Source: a virus. Taken from it: a stretch of 64,000 nucleotides of DNA. The position numbers and the translations under genes were made by a program. The stretch's first letter is position 1. Each line of letters starts with the position of its first letter. The stretch spans positions 79,061 to 143,060 of the IMG/VR virus record IMGVR_UViG_3300040758_000214. One strand, written 5' to 3'. The notes beneath the pieces are model-generated. The model did not search any database and had not been told where the DNA came from. It saw only the letters and a list, made by a program, of their open reading frames with translations. Below, in pieces: positions 17,169 to 27,485 of this stretch.

Positions 17169-19707
17169 TGAAAAACCTCCAGTCCTTTCTATAAATTCTT
17201 GGTAAATAATCTATGGGAATAAATCCACTTAAGAAATTTGGTAAAACATAAGTATACGTAGATGGTGCTTTGGCATTGGATTCAATAAATCTTTGTGTAC
17301 ATATACCAGACAACTTTTTGGATGAAATATTTTGTGTAGCATAGGTATAAGAATCGCATAATGCTGATTGAATATCTATAGACTCTTGTTTTGTTAATAC
17401 CAATTCTCTAATATTATTTTTATCAATGATTATATCTCCCGGTTGAAATTTAATATGATCAGTATTTTCAAAAATTGTAACTTTTAATTTCTTATAAACT
17501 GGATCCTCCCTATTTACAAATTTAAAATTCTTTAGATTTTCTTCTTCCATCCAAATTGCAGAATAATTAGAAGTTAGAATTAAAGGATATTTATCTGTAT
17601 CAACTAATATTGCCATGACTAAATGTGTATCTTTCTTTAAGAATAATGGAATTTTATTTACAGTTACAATTTTGTCTCCAACTGAAATTCCATTTAGATT
17701 AGTTACACATTTCCTAACTTTCTCTACAGAAATTATCATAGATCTAAAATCAATGTATTCAATACTTTTTATATTACCTTTACAATCTACAGTATCAATA
17801 TACATTTTAAATGTTTCTTTACAGAAATTAAATCCTGTTATATTTCTATGAATAAACATTTCTGGTGGATTATCCCAATCAACATAAATAATATTATCTC
17901 CAATTTTAAAATCAATATTAAAACATAATCCTTTTAATTGTATAGAATTATTATCTTTTAAAATTTCAGATTTTACTATATCTAATCTTTGTTCCATTAT
18001 AATCGAATCATTATTTCTAGAATTTTTAATCATTAGAATAATATTATTATTAGTTATATATAATTTATGATCATTTGTAATTTGGCAAATACTTTCTTTC
18101 AAATCATTGATTATAATTGTATTTCCATATGAGAAAATTGAAAGATTTTCTCTTTCATTCTCAACATGAGGAGCTATTCTATTATCTATATCAGAATGCT
18201 TAATATGATATAAGTTTTCTCCTAATTTAAATTGTAAATAAAATATCCCCCTAATTATTTCTGCTTTTTCAAAAGTTATTATAGCATTTCCAAATATAAT
18301 TGATGCTCTAGTTCTTGATTTACCTTTATCTACATATAAGTTTCCTTTCTTAAAATTAATATTATTTATAGTTAAATCTTCTGGATTTATTATTTCTATA
18401 TTCTTTAATGATTCTAAAATATAATAATCAGTTCCAATTAAAAATTCTATTTTTCCTCTTCTATTACTTCTAATTTTCTCAATTTTCTTAAATTCTTTAA
18501 CTTCAGAATTTTTATCAATACAAATTATATCTCCTATTTTATAAATTATTCCATTCAATTCATACTCAGTTAAAATATTTTCTTTATTATATGTATTTTT
18601 TATTGCAGATAATAAAGAACTATCACTTATTTTATATTTAACAAATTCTCCTTTTGAATTCTCTAACATTACTCCACTTATAGTACTAGAATCTATAAAT
18701 GATTGTTTAGTTGCTGGATCTATTTTTATAGTCCCTAAAAATTCATAGATATAATGTTTTTCATCATTAATTACAATTTCATCTCCAATTCCTAATGCAT
18801 GTTCATCTGTGAAATAATGACTTTGACAATGTGATGTGACAGTTTTTGGATCTAATTTAACAGAAGGAATATTACATATCATATCTATAGTATCTTTAAA
18901 TAAATATGCTCCAGCATTATCAATATTACTTCTATCCCCACCATTAAAATTTCTAGTCAAATCTTGTATTTCTGAAATGATATTAAAATTAAATGTTTTC
19001 CATTTTGTAGAAAATATAAACATAGGATCAATTGATGTATTATATTCCCAATGTAAAAATGATGAAACTTCTGGTACATCATTATACATATTATAAACAT
19101 ATGTAATATCACCATTGAATTGATTAGCCCAAAATGCATTAATTAATTCTTCTACTTTTTCTCCTAATGATAGATTAGTATTTTTGGCATTATTTGGACC
19201 TAAACATACATGACCATTAGAGTCAAGATTTGTAAAATTTGCATGTAATAAATAATCATGAAATGATGACATTGGGTGTAATCTAAAAAATACTCTAAGT
19301 TCTTTAGGGCAATCATCCAAAAATGCAAGGAAGAAAACTACATATGGAAATGATAAATTAAAATAATAAGGAGGTTTATTTTTTAGAAAGTCGGAATAAC
19401 CATACTCTTTTAATCTTCCAGTTCGTCTTAAATTTTCTATAACAGTATCGAATTGTAAATCAACACAAATATTTCTTATAGCAGGAGGTTCTTCAATAAT
19501 TAAATATGTATAATTTTCAATTTGTTTGTAAAACCTACAGTTTCTAGGTAAAATATCAGATTGAATATTGTTTGAGGCATATAATCTATCATAAAAATCT
19601 TTAGTTTTAATATGTTTTACTTCTGAAAGAACATTAAATGTATCTGAATTTTCTGTTAATGGTTTTACTAAACGAACTTCATTTTGATTAATTAAAATAT
19701 GTTCCAT
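17161..19707 (-). CDS. large protein with N-terminal prokaryotic E2-like domain
   Basis: 'SFPYVVF...LLHANFTNLDSNGHVCLG...FWANQFN' matches the prokaryotic E2 pattern; position immediately upstream of JAB, E1 and Ubl genes. Confidence 0.7.
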   Translation of the reverse strand: MEHILINQNEVRLVKPLTENSDTFNVLSEVKHIKTKDFYDRLYASNNIQSDILPRNCRFYKQIENYTYLIIEEPPAIRNICVDLQFDTVIENLRRTGRLKEYGYSDFLKNKPPYYFNLSFPYVVFFLAFLDDCPKELRVFFRLHPMSSFHDYLLHANFTNLDSNGHVCLGPNNAKNTNLSLGEKVEELINAFWANQFNGDITYVYNMYNDVPEVSSFLHWEYNTSIDPMFIFSTKWKTFNFNIISEIQDLTRNFNGGDRSNIDNAGAYLFKDTIDMICNIPSVKLDPKTVTSHCQSHYFTDEHALGIGDEIVINDEKHYIYEFLGTIKIDPATKQSFIDSSTISGVMLENSKGEFVKYKISDSSLLSAIKNTYNKENILTEYELNGIIYKIGDIICIDKNSEVKEFKKIEKIRSNRRGKIEFLIGTDYYILESLKNIEIINPEDLTINNINFKKGNLYVDKGKSRTRASIIFGNAIITFEKAEIIRGIFYLQFKLGENLYHIKHSDIDNRIAPHVENERENLSIFSYGNTIIINDLKESICQITNDHKLYITNNNIILMIKNSRNNDSIIMEQRLDIVKSEILKDNNSIQLKGLCFNIDFKIGDNIIYVDWDNPPEMFIHRNITGFNFCKETFKMYIDTVDCKGNIKSIEYIDFRSMIISVEKVRKCVTNLNGISVGDKIVTVNKIPLFLKKDTHLVMAILVDTDKYPLILTSNYSAIWMEEENLKNFKFVNREDPVYKKLKVTIFENTDHIKFQPGDIIIDKNNIRELVLTKQESIDIQSALCDSYTYATQNISSKKLSGICTQRFIESNAKAPSTYTYVLPNFLSGFIPIDYLPRIYRKDWRFFNV

Positions 19708-19743
19708 AATGTATTCACCCTTTCACGATTCAATAATTTGGTT

Positions 19744-20046
19744 TTATTTTTTAATATAGAATCTTTCTTTTGTTGGTGTTTCTAAATATTCAACTCTATC
19801 ATATGGAATACTTCTCCATTCTTTCTTTTCTAAATCAAAAACTCTAAGGATATTTTGTTTTACTAAATTTAATATTGCTGCTAAATCAACTTTTTTAGGT
19901 TGTTTTATTTTTGGAATCAAATCAAATTGTAAAGTACATTTCATCATCCTTATTGTTTTATCTTTTTTAATAAATCTAATTATCACTTCTGGTTGTGTTC
20001 TTATAATCTTTAAAAAATCAATTGCATTATTTATTGGTTCATTCAT
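19744..20046 (-). CDS. WYL-like (WYL_2 / SH3 beta-barrel) protein
   Basis: 'IRFIKKDKTIRMMKCTL...VFDLEKKEWRSI' signature. Confidence 0.8.
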   Translation of the reverse strand: MNEPINNAIDFLKIIRTQPEVIIRFIKKDKTIRMMKCTLQFDLIPKIKQPKKVDLAAILNLVKQNILRVFDLEKKEWRSIPYDRVEYLETPTKERFYIKK

Positions 20047-20052
20047 ATCATA

Positions 20053-21078
20053 TTAAACTCCTCTTTTTTCTGTATGAAGTATTTCATCTTTATTATCGGA
20101 CAAGTTCGTGTGGAGAACACAGGTCCAATTACATCTAAGACAAAGTTCTTTCTTATCCCTTTTAATTAAATCTAAGAATAAAGGATTTATTTTTCCATCG
20201 TAATCCAAGAAATTTGTAACTGAAGCAGATGTAGTATGTCTTCCACCAATCCTGAGGCATAATCTACATGCTCCATCCGCGTCAATTGTGATATTTGTTA
20301 AATTCTTTTCTAATTCACAATCATATTCACTTGGTAATATCTCAAATAATTTTGGTAATAATTTATCTGCCATATGAACATCTAATTTTTCATCTATTAT
20401 TCTTTTAAATATGTCAGATAATTCTTTTGTTGGTTTGACTAAAACATTTTCATCTGTAACATTTGCAAAATCATAATATGGAGATTTAGAAATATCTATA
20501 AATGTAATATCAGATGATATTCCATTATTTGAAAGTTCTTTAACTAATGGATAAAGATATTTAACATTGTCATTATCAACTGTTATTTCTGCAACCAAAT
20601 CTTTTATTTTTCCTTTTAAACTCTTAAGTCTATTAAACCCTGCAATGCATTTTTTGTATCTATCATTGTCTTTAGATATATTAGGATCAAATATTAAAGG
20701 ATCTACGGAACTTGATAAACCTTTCACCTCTACTTTTTCTAAAAGATCATTTAATGATTTCTGAACTGAATTTGAATTATTTGTGATAATTGTATAATAT
20801 ATATCATTTGAATTACAATATGCAATTATTTGTGGTAAATCATTTCTTAATAAGGGTTCTCCTCCATAGAAAATATGAAAGCAATCTGGGTTATGTTTTT
20901 TTAGTTTAGATAATCCCTCAAGTACTGTTTTGGTTGACATTTCATTCTTATAAAAATGCCCAATATCAGGATATTCTCTTGGTTTATTTTCATAGTCAGA
21001 TACTATTCTACAGTATGAACATTTTAAATTACAACGTCTTGTTAATAACCAATTTACTATTCTTATTTTATCTGCCAT
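20053..21078 (-). CDS. radical SAM protein with C-terminal Cys cluster (SPASM/Twitch-like)
   Basis: CNLKCSYC (CxxxCxxC), GGEP, C-terminal C...CRLC...CLRCNWTC. Confidence 0.9.
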   Translation of the reverse strand: MADKIRIVNWLLTRRCNLKCSYCRIVSDYENKPREYPDIGHFYKNEMSTKTVLEGLSKLKKHNPDCFHIFYGGEPLLRNDLPQIIAYCNSNDIYYTIITNNSNSVQKSLNDLLEKVEVKGLSSSVDPLIFDPNISKDNDRYKKCIAGFNRLKSLKGKIKDLVAEITVDNDNVKYLYPLVKELSNNGISSDITFIDISKSPYYDFANVTDENVLVKPTKELSDIFKRIIDEKLDVHMADKLLPKLFEILPSEYDCELEKNLTNITIDADGACRLCLRIGGRHTTSASVTNFLDYDGKINPLFLDLIKRDKKELCLRCNWTCVLHTNLSDNKDEILHTEKRGV

Positions 21079-21087
21079 TACACCTCC

Positions 21088-21300
21088 TTATACCATTACT
21101 AATTCTTCATTGCATGCCATACAAATAAAAGTTTGAATTGGTTGCATCTCTTCCTTACCTGTGGGTGAAATTAAAATAGAAATTTTCTTTATTCTTATTG
21201 CAGTTATAAAATAAATCCCTTCACATTTTGTACATTTAATATCCGGACATTCTGCTAAATTAATTTTTATAGACTGTTGTGGTTGCATTGCTTGCCCCAT
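21088..21300 (-). CDS. small Zn-ribbon protein
   Basis: CTKC...CMAC. Confidence 0.65.
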   Translation of the reverse strand: MGQAMQPQQSIKINLAECPDIKCTKCEGIYFITAIRIKKISILISPTGKEEMQPIQTFICMACNEELVMV

Positions 21301-21319
21301 TTTAACCTCTCTTTTATTT

Positions 21320-21547
21320 TTATGTTAATATTATTAAACTTATAACTCTAAAACAACAATATATTATTATAACCATATCCATAGCAATAATAATTCCTAA
21401 AAATATACCCGTTAAAATCATAAATTTTTTTACGAGTATATTTTCTTCATCTTTTAAATTTTTTAGTAGTGAAAATAAACATATAAATAATATCACTCCT
21501 ATTATAAAACCACCAAAACTACTTCCAACATAATCAATATTCCCCAT
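21320..21547 (-). CDS. small membrane protein
   Basis: Two hydrophobic helices. Confidence 0.6.
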   Translation of the reverse strand: MGNIDYVGSSFGGFIIGVILFICLFSLLKNLKDEENILVKKFMILTGIFLGIIIAMDMVIIIYCCFRVISLIILT

Positions 21548-21564
21548 AATTTATAAACCTCATA

Positions 21565-21828
21565 TTATTTCTCTTCCTCATCTCCACAACTATTACAAGA
21601 TATTAATTGTCTACCACATCTTGGGCATCTCTCCATATCACATCCAATATGATGAACACCACCAAATTTAATATTACAATCATGGCATCTTTGACTAGGC
21701 CCGCCATAATCCGGAGTATATGGAACTTGTGCCATTTTAACTCCATCAGGATATTCTATATCTTCAACTATACAACTTATTGTTTTTTCATCCATCATTT
21801 CTTGTTTACATGCTCCGCATATTGCCAT
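21565..21828 (-). CDS. Cys/His-rich Zn-binding protein
   Basis: CGAC...RCHDC...HHIGCDMERCPRCG.QLISC. Confidence 0.7.
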   Translation of the reverse strand: MAICGACKQEMMDEKTISCIVEDIEYPDGVKMAQVPYTPDYGGPSQRCHDCNIKFGGVHHIGCDMERCPRCGRQLISCNSCGDEEEK

Positions 21829-21840
21829 ATATTCACCTTT

Positions 21841-24039
21841 CTACTTTTTATTAAAGAAACTCAAAACTTCGTCAGCTTCTATAGAATCTATATGTCTATG
21901 ACTTATTAAAAATATAGATTTATCCTTTGCTAAATATCTTAATATCTTAGACACATAACCTATATTTTCATCATCTAATGCATCAAAGATTTCATCAAAT
22001 AACATTATGTTGAATTTAACATCTTGAACTAAACATTGTAAATCTGATAATGTTAAAATTGTTGCAATATCTACAACTCTTGTTTGCCCTCCAGATAATT
22101 TTTTTCTCATATTTGCTTTAGTTTGTGTGTCTAAAACATTTACAGAAATCTTATCTCTAAATTCTCCAGACTTAGTTTCTCTCATGGTATCGAAAGATAC
22201 AATATATCTTCCTCCACTAATTTTCTCAAGATATTCTGAAACCTTACTGTTCATAAAGGGAATAGATTCATCTATTAATATATTAGGAATACCAGAAGGA
22301 GAGAACCCAATCTTCCAAAATTCAACCATTGTGATTAATTCTGATTGTTCTATAATTGACTTTTTCAACTCTTCTAATTCTTTAGTCAATTCAACTTTTC
22401 TATGAGTTAAAGATTCTAAAATTTCTTCATCAAATTTATCACTTTCTTTACTATTTAATTGAGTTTTAATAGATTCAATTGTCAATTTAATTTTATTAAA
22501 ATTTTCTACTTTTTTTTTCTTTTCAGTATATTGAGTTAAATAATTTACTAATTCATTATTTAATTCTAAACCTTTTTGTTTTACTGAATATACATTTTGG
22601 GTATAAGTCTTTTCTATTGTTTCTTTACATTCAATTAATTTATTTGATAGTTTTCCATATGCTTCTTTTAATTTATCTCCAATCTCTTTTATTTTATTTT
22701 TAGCATCTTCTTCAATAATATTTAATTTTTCTTTTAAATCTCTTTCATGTTCTCTTATAAGAATATCTAAATCTTCAATATCATGTAATAAACATTTAAC
22801 ATCCATTGATAAATTAGATTTTTGATCTCTTAATACTTTAACTTCTTCATCTTTTTTATTAAGATGATCCTTTATATGTATTAACTTATCTTGCCCCACA
22901 ACTTGTTGGCATAATTCACAAACAACTTCATCCTTATTCAAAGTGTCTATTAAACTTTTTATCTCTTTTTCTAATTTACTAATCTCTAAATCTGTTCTTT
23001 GAATATTCCTTTTATTATTTTCTAATGATACATTCATATTACTTTTTAGTATTTTATATTTATTTACTACTTCTTGTTGAGTTGATAAATCTTTTATTTT
23101 ATTATTTGATTCTAATTCAATTTCAGATTTTTGACTTGTGGCCTGATTTTTAAATTCTGATTGTTTTAATTGAACTTTAGCTTCTATATCTTTTATTTGA
23201 TTTATTTTTTCTTGTTCAAACTTTTGTAATTGATTTTTCCAATTCTCTATCTCAATTTTTAAATTTGTAATCTTATTTTCAATATTATCTTTTTCTAAAT
23301 ATTTTAATTCTTTATCTAAATTTGAATATGTATCATTTTCCTGTTTTAATTTGATCTTTAGTTCTTCTATATCTAATTTTTTTCTTTTATTAAATTCTTC
23401 TTTTTGTGATATTACATTTTTAATTTGATTAGTAGTTTCTTGTATTAAATTATTTGTAACTTCTTGTTTAGTTTTAGATTTTTCAAATTCAATTTCTAAT
23501 CCTTTTAATTTCTTATCTGCTTTTTTATAATAATCTACATATTCTTCCAATTGAAGGATCATTCTGAATATAGCCTTTTGATCCGTATCACCTAAGTCTG
23601 TAAAAAACGTTTTGCATTTTTGTGAGAAATAAAGAACATTCATAAGTAATTTTTGAGGGAGAATTAATTTTTCAATTTCTTCTAAAAATTCTTTATGTCC
23701 ACGTTTTATATTTTCACCATTTTTTGTTAATATTACTGTATTACCAAATTTCTTATGTTCACAATATCTGTCAGCTCTATATTTATCATTTCCTTCGAAC
23801 CATGTCACCCATGTGTGACAATTACTTCCAATCTTATCATTAACACAATCACTTCCAACCAAATCTTTTGAGGTCCTATTGTATAATGTATATGGGAGAA
23901 TATCGAAAATTGTTGATTTGCCGCTTCCGTTTGGCCCCGTAATCAACGTAAGGGCCCCAGATCTTATGTCTAAAATAATAGGTGATATATAGTTACAAAA
24001 ATTTTCAGCTCCAAATTGGATAAAATTTATGCTTCGCAA
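21841..24039 (-). CDS. SbcC/Rad50-like ATPase (T4 gp46-like)
   Basis: GPNGSGKS Walker A, coiled coil with CELC Zn hook, LSGGQ signature, FDEIFDALD, SH switch. Confidence 0.93.
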   Translation of the reverse strand: MRSINFIQFGAENFCNYISPIILDIRSGALTLITGPNGSGKSTIFDILPYTLYNRTSKDLVGSDCVNDKIGSNCHTWVTWFEGNDKYRADRYCEHKKFGNTVILTKNGENIKRGHKEFLEEIEKLILPQKLLMNVLYFSQKCKTFFTDLGDTDQKAIFRMILQLEEYVDYYKKADKKLKGLEIEFEKSKTKQEVTNNLIQETTNQIKNVISQKEEFNKRKKLDIEELKIKLKQENDTYSNLDKELKYLEKDNIENKITNLKIEIENWKNQLQKFEQEKINQIKDIEAKVQLKQSEFKNQATSQKSEIELESNNKIKDLSTQQEVVNKYKILKSNMNVSLENNKRNIQRTDLEISKLEKEIKSLIDTLNKDEVVCELCQQVVGQDKLIHIKDHLNKKDEEVKVLRDQKSNLSMDVKCLLHDIEDLDILIREHERDLKEKLNIIEEDAKNKIKEIGDKLKEAYGKLSNKLIECKETIEKTYTQNVYSVKQKGLELNNELVNYLTQYTEKKKKVENFNKIKLTIESIKTQLNSKESDKFDEEILESLTHRKVELTKELEELKKSIIEQSELITMVEFWKIGFSPSGIPNILIDESIPFMNSKVSEYLEKISGGRYIVSFDTMRETKSGEFRDKISVNVLDTQTKANMRKKLSGGQTRVVDIATILTLSDLQCLVQDVKFNIMLFDEIFDALDDENIGYVSKILRYLAKDKSIFLISHRHIDSIEADEVLSFFNKK

Positions 24040-24065
24040 TAGTCCTCCTTCACCTTGAACTTAAT

Positions 24066-24815
24066 TTATTTTACTTTAATTATTTTTCGTCCAAGAATCC
24101 ATTCTTCATTTAAATAATTATATACTAATTCTCTTTTAACCATTTTTGATTTATTTGTTTTAATATTTAAAATCCAACAAAATCCTGAAGTTGAAAATTT
24201 AGATTTATCATATAATTCTTTTGCATGGGCAGAAACATGGGAACTATTGGTCATTAATTCCAAATTTTCTATTCTATTATCATCTTTAATTCCATTTATA
24301 TGATGTACCACTTCATCTTTAGTTAAATATCTCCCTATATGTTGTTCCATTATAAAACGATGCTCCAGTATAAAATTTCCTCTAGAATAAGGGTGATTCT
24401 CAATATATATTAAAATATATCCATCACCATCAACAAATCTTCCACCTTTCCAATTGGGATTTTTATTTCCTTTATTTAATCCTTTTAATGATGCTTTATA
24501 TTCTTCTGATAATTTTTTATGAGGTTTATGTTTTCCACCTTTTCTACATTTAGAACATTTTGAACCAGCTAAATGATTATTTGGAAATTGTTCAAATATA
24601 CCATGAATCTTACATATTATTTTTACTTTAATTCCTTGATTAACATACACTGTTTCAGAATAATTAAATAAATCACCATGTATTTCTTTTGCTTTTTTAA
24701 TAAACAACTCAGTATTATATAATTTACTTGATATAACTGACACATGATGATTAAATAAAAATCTATTCTTTTCATTAGTTACTTCCCCACCACAACCACA
24801 TTCACATAATTTCAT
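24066..24815 (-). mobile_element. free-standing HNH homing endonuclease
   Basis: CECGCG N-terminus, DUF723-like 'IICKIHG.F.Q....HL.G..C..C', HNH 'EHR..ME..GR.L...EVVHHING.K.DNR.ENLEL'; lies between sbcD and sbcC. Confidence 0.85.
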
Positions 24816-24838
24816 CTACATTTAAATCTCCTTATCTT

Positions 24839-25849
24839 TTAACATGCATTAATTATATCCATTCCAACTTTTTTATATTTCTCTTGTAATTCTTTAGGTA
24901 TTTCCTTTATTCCCATGTACTTTTCTAATTTATCACTCATAGTCATACTTGAATTGATCCCGCGATTTGTAATATCATGATCAGTCTTGTCAATAATTAT
25001 AAAATCATTTTCAATATCCTTTGTATCTATATTTTCAGTCTTTTTAATTTTAATCAAATGTCCTTCTTTTTGTAATTTTCTACATTCTTCTATAACTTCA
25101 GTTCGATTAGCATTAGTCATAGAGAATTCAAAATGTTTTGTATATCCTTCTATTAATTTTGATTTAATCGTATATTTTTCAGTATCCACAATTAAAAATC
25201 TTTTTTCTTCTCCACATTCATTCCATGTATCTTGAACAATTGAACCGGGAATATAAACCTCAATATCTGGTCGTATTATTTCCTGCGGTAGGTGATAATG
25301 GGAAATTATAACTTTCTTATATTTTCCAATTAAGTCAGATAGTTTTATATCACTTACAAGACTTATACCACTTGATAAAATTGATTCTGATAAACCGAAG
25401 TGAGAAATCAAATAATCAGCAGAATTACTCTTTACTTTTTCAGCAACCTTAGTTGAATAAGGCATAAATAATACATTTTCAATTTGCAATTGAGAATCAA
25501 AGGGAACTCTTATAACATTTTTTTCTGTATCTAAACATCGTAAAGCAGATACAACATTCTCAGAACTTTTTGAAGAAAGGTCATGGTTTCCATCGATGCA
25601 TATTATCTGTAAATCAGAGAAGTCTCGAATAAATGATAATAAAACATCAAGAGCGATTGAATAGATGATGTTTTTATTATGAAGCACATCACCTGCAATA
25701 ATAATAATTTTAATTCCATTTTCTCTACAATATATCCCCATACTATAAAGGATATTTTTTTTCTGATACAAACGCTCAGGTAAATTTTCAACAATATTAT
25801 CGTTTAAATTTCCAGTTAAATGAATATCTCCAGTTATTAATGCTCGCAT
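24839..25849 (-). CDS. SbcD/Mre11-like nuclease (T4 gp47-like)
   Basis: GDIH, AGD, GNHD, SHYH metallophosphoesterase motifs; SbcC partner nearby. Confidence 0.92.
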   Translation of the reverse strand: MRALITGDIHLTGNLNDNIVENLPERLYQKKNILYSMGIYCRENGIKIIIIAGDVLHNKNIIYSIALDVLLSFIRDFSDLQIICIDGNHDLSSKSSENVVSALRCLDTEKNVIRVPFDSQLQIENVLFMPYSTKVAEKVKSNSADYLISHFGLSESILSSGISLVSDIKLSDLIGKYKKVIISHYHLPQEIIRPDIEVYIPGSIVQDTWNECGEEKRFLIVDTEKYTIKSKLIEGYTKHFEFSMTNANRTEVIEECRKLQKEGHLIKIKKTENIDTKDIENDFIIIDKTDHDITNRGINSSMTMSDKLEKYMGIKEIPKELQEKYKKVGMDIINAC

Positions 25850-25852
25850 TGA

Positions 25853-26101
25853 TTATTTCTTTCCTTTCTTTCCATTTCCTTTCTTAGGTTCAACTTCTAA
25901 TTCTATTAAAAATCCTTTATGAACACATTCCATTTTGATGTCACTTTTTTCAACTTTACAAATAATTTTATATGTTGAAAAACAACTTCTACAAAATGCC
26001 TCCATATATAATATATCATCAACTATAGTAATAGTTTTAGGACCTGTCATATTAGATTTATTACATTCTGTACATATCCATGTTTTTGGTTGAATGTTCA
26101 T
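25853..26101 (-). CDS. small Zn-ribbon protein
   Basis: CTEC...CRSC. Confidence 0.6.
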   Translation of the reverse strand: MNIQPKTWICTECNKSNMTGPKTITIVDDILYMEAFCRSCFSTYKIICKVEKSDIKMECVHKGFLIELEVEPKKGNGKKGKK

Positions 26102-26112
26102 TTTTATTTTCC

Positions 26113-26550
26113 TTAAAAGTTAATATCTTCATGTTTAGGAAAATCTCTACTAATTTTGGAATCTTCAATATGAGAATTAAATAAGTTTTTCTGAATCGTT
26201 CTTACCATTTCTCCGTACGCGATATTTTTTATGAATACATCTTCATCTATACCACAAATATAAAATCCTAAAATTTCACATATTAATACTAATTCTTCTC
26301 CATCAAAATAATCAAAAGTATCATTATCTCTAATACACTCTAAGTCACTTAACAAGTAAGATTTTGCAATATGAATGTCTGTTTCATTTATTTGTAAACA
26401 TTTATCACAAGTATATCTCTCATTTAAAACTTTTTCATATATTTCATTCCATTTAGATTCAATTTTTTTCGCCATAATTTCACGTGTAATAGTTTTAGGT
26501 ATAAAAACTATAAATGAGCCACAAGATTTAATATCATTAAGTGTTAACAT
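26113..26550 (-). CDS. hypothetical protein (possible degenerate member of the upstream paralog array)
   Basis: N-terminal 'SCGSFIVFIP' resembles 'STCFIVYMP' of a neighbour. Confidence 0.55.
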   Translation of the reverse strand: MLTLNDIKSCGSFIVFIPKTITREIMAKKIESKWNEIYEKVLNERYTCDKCLQINETDIHIAKSYLLSDLECIRDNDTFDYFDGEELVLICEILGFYICGIDEDVFIKNIAYGEMVRTIQKNLFNSHIEDSKISRDFPKHEDINF

Positions 26551-26879
26551 TCTTCACCTCGATATGCCATGTTTATAATCATACCATGATATTCACAAAA
26601 GTCATAATATACTTTCAATAGAAATCCAATCTCATCTAAAAAATCCATAGCAATATAATAATTATTACATTGTTCAACTCCATTTGCATCATAAGTATGA
26701 ATTAAATTACATTGAATGGTTCTAAGAATATTTATTATTTTATCTTTATTATATATTTCATAATGAGCTGAAACATGTTCAAATATATCCTTAAATTTTT
26801 CTACAAAAAGTTCCACATCACAATTTTCAGGTAAATTTACTACAGCAATAGACCCCATTTGTCCATTCATACATTTCAC
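26544..26879 (-). CDS. hypothetical protein
   Basis: 111-aa ORF, translationally coupled. Confidence 0.55.
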   Translation of the reverse strand: MKCMNGQMGSIAVVNLPENCDVELFVEKFKDIFEHVSAHYEIYNKDKIINILRTIQCNLIHTYDANGVEQCNNYYIAMDFLDEIGFLLKVYYDFCEYHGMIINMAYRGEEC

Positions 26880-27262
26880 CTCTTTAATAAGAATAATGGA
26901 TCTGCTTTTTCTAATTCAATAAATTGTCTTAATTCTTTTGTATTTATATTAATTATTTTATCATTCCCTCCAGATCCACATTCAGTACTATTAATAACTA
27001 ATCCTAAATTTTCAAAAATTTCACGACATACTTCAAAAAGAATATGATTTTCATAACTATATATTTCATCATTTAGTTCAAATTCCGCAATTATTTTATA
27101 AATATCTGGCATATCTTCTTCGTCATAATCATTACTTACTATTTCTATAGCTTTATCTACAATATCTTTTTTACTTTCTAAAATCTGCGTAATATTTTGA
27201 GGCATGTACACAATAAAACAAGTAGAGGAAGAATTAGTCACGAAGCTTCTTCTAACCTTCAT
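26876..27262 (-). CDS. FVTNSSS-motif protein
   Basis: MKVRRSFVTNSSSTCFIV; start moved to ATG 27262 (GGAGG upstream; matches paralogs). Confidence 0.7.
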   Translation of the reverse strand: MKVRRSFVTNSSSTCFIVYMPQNITQILESKKDIVDKAIEIVSNDYDEEDMPDIYKIIAEFELNDEIYSYENHILFEVCREIFENLGLVINSTECGSGGNDKIININTKELRQFIELEKADPLFLLKR

Positions 27263-27473
27263 AACCTCCTCCATGTTCAAAGTTAATTTTGGTTATACCT
27301 TTTAATTTTGCTTCTTGTAATTCTTTAATTAGTTCATCAATATCCATAGATATACTTCCACAATGCTCACATGATTCGGGATATCCATCTATAAGAATTT
27401 CTTTATTTCCAAGTGATACAATTATAAAACTAGTGCTGGAAGAATTGGTTACAAAATCTAAACGTCTTTTCAT
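27252..27473 (-). CDS. FVTNSSS-motif protein
   Basis: MKRRLDFVTNSSSTSFII. Confidence 0.7.
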   Translation of the reverse strand: MKRRLDFVTNSSSTSFIIVSLGNKEILIDGYPESCEHCGSISMDIDELIKELQEAKLKGITKINFEHGGGYEG

Positions 27474-27485
27474 AAAATTATCTCC

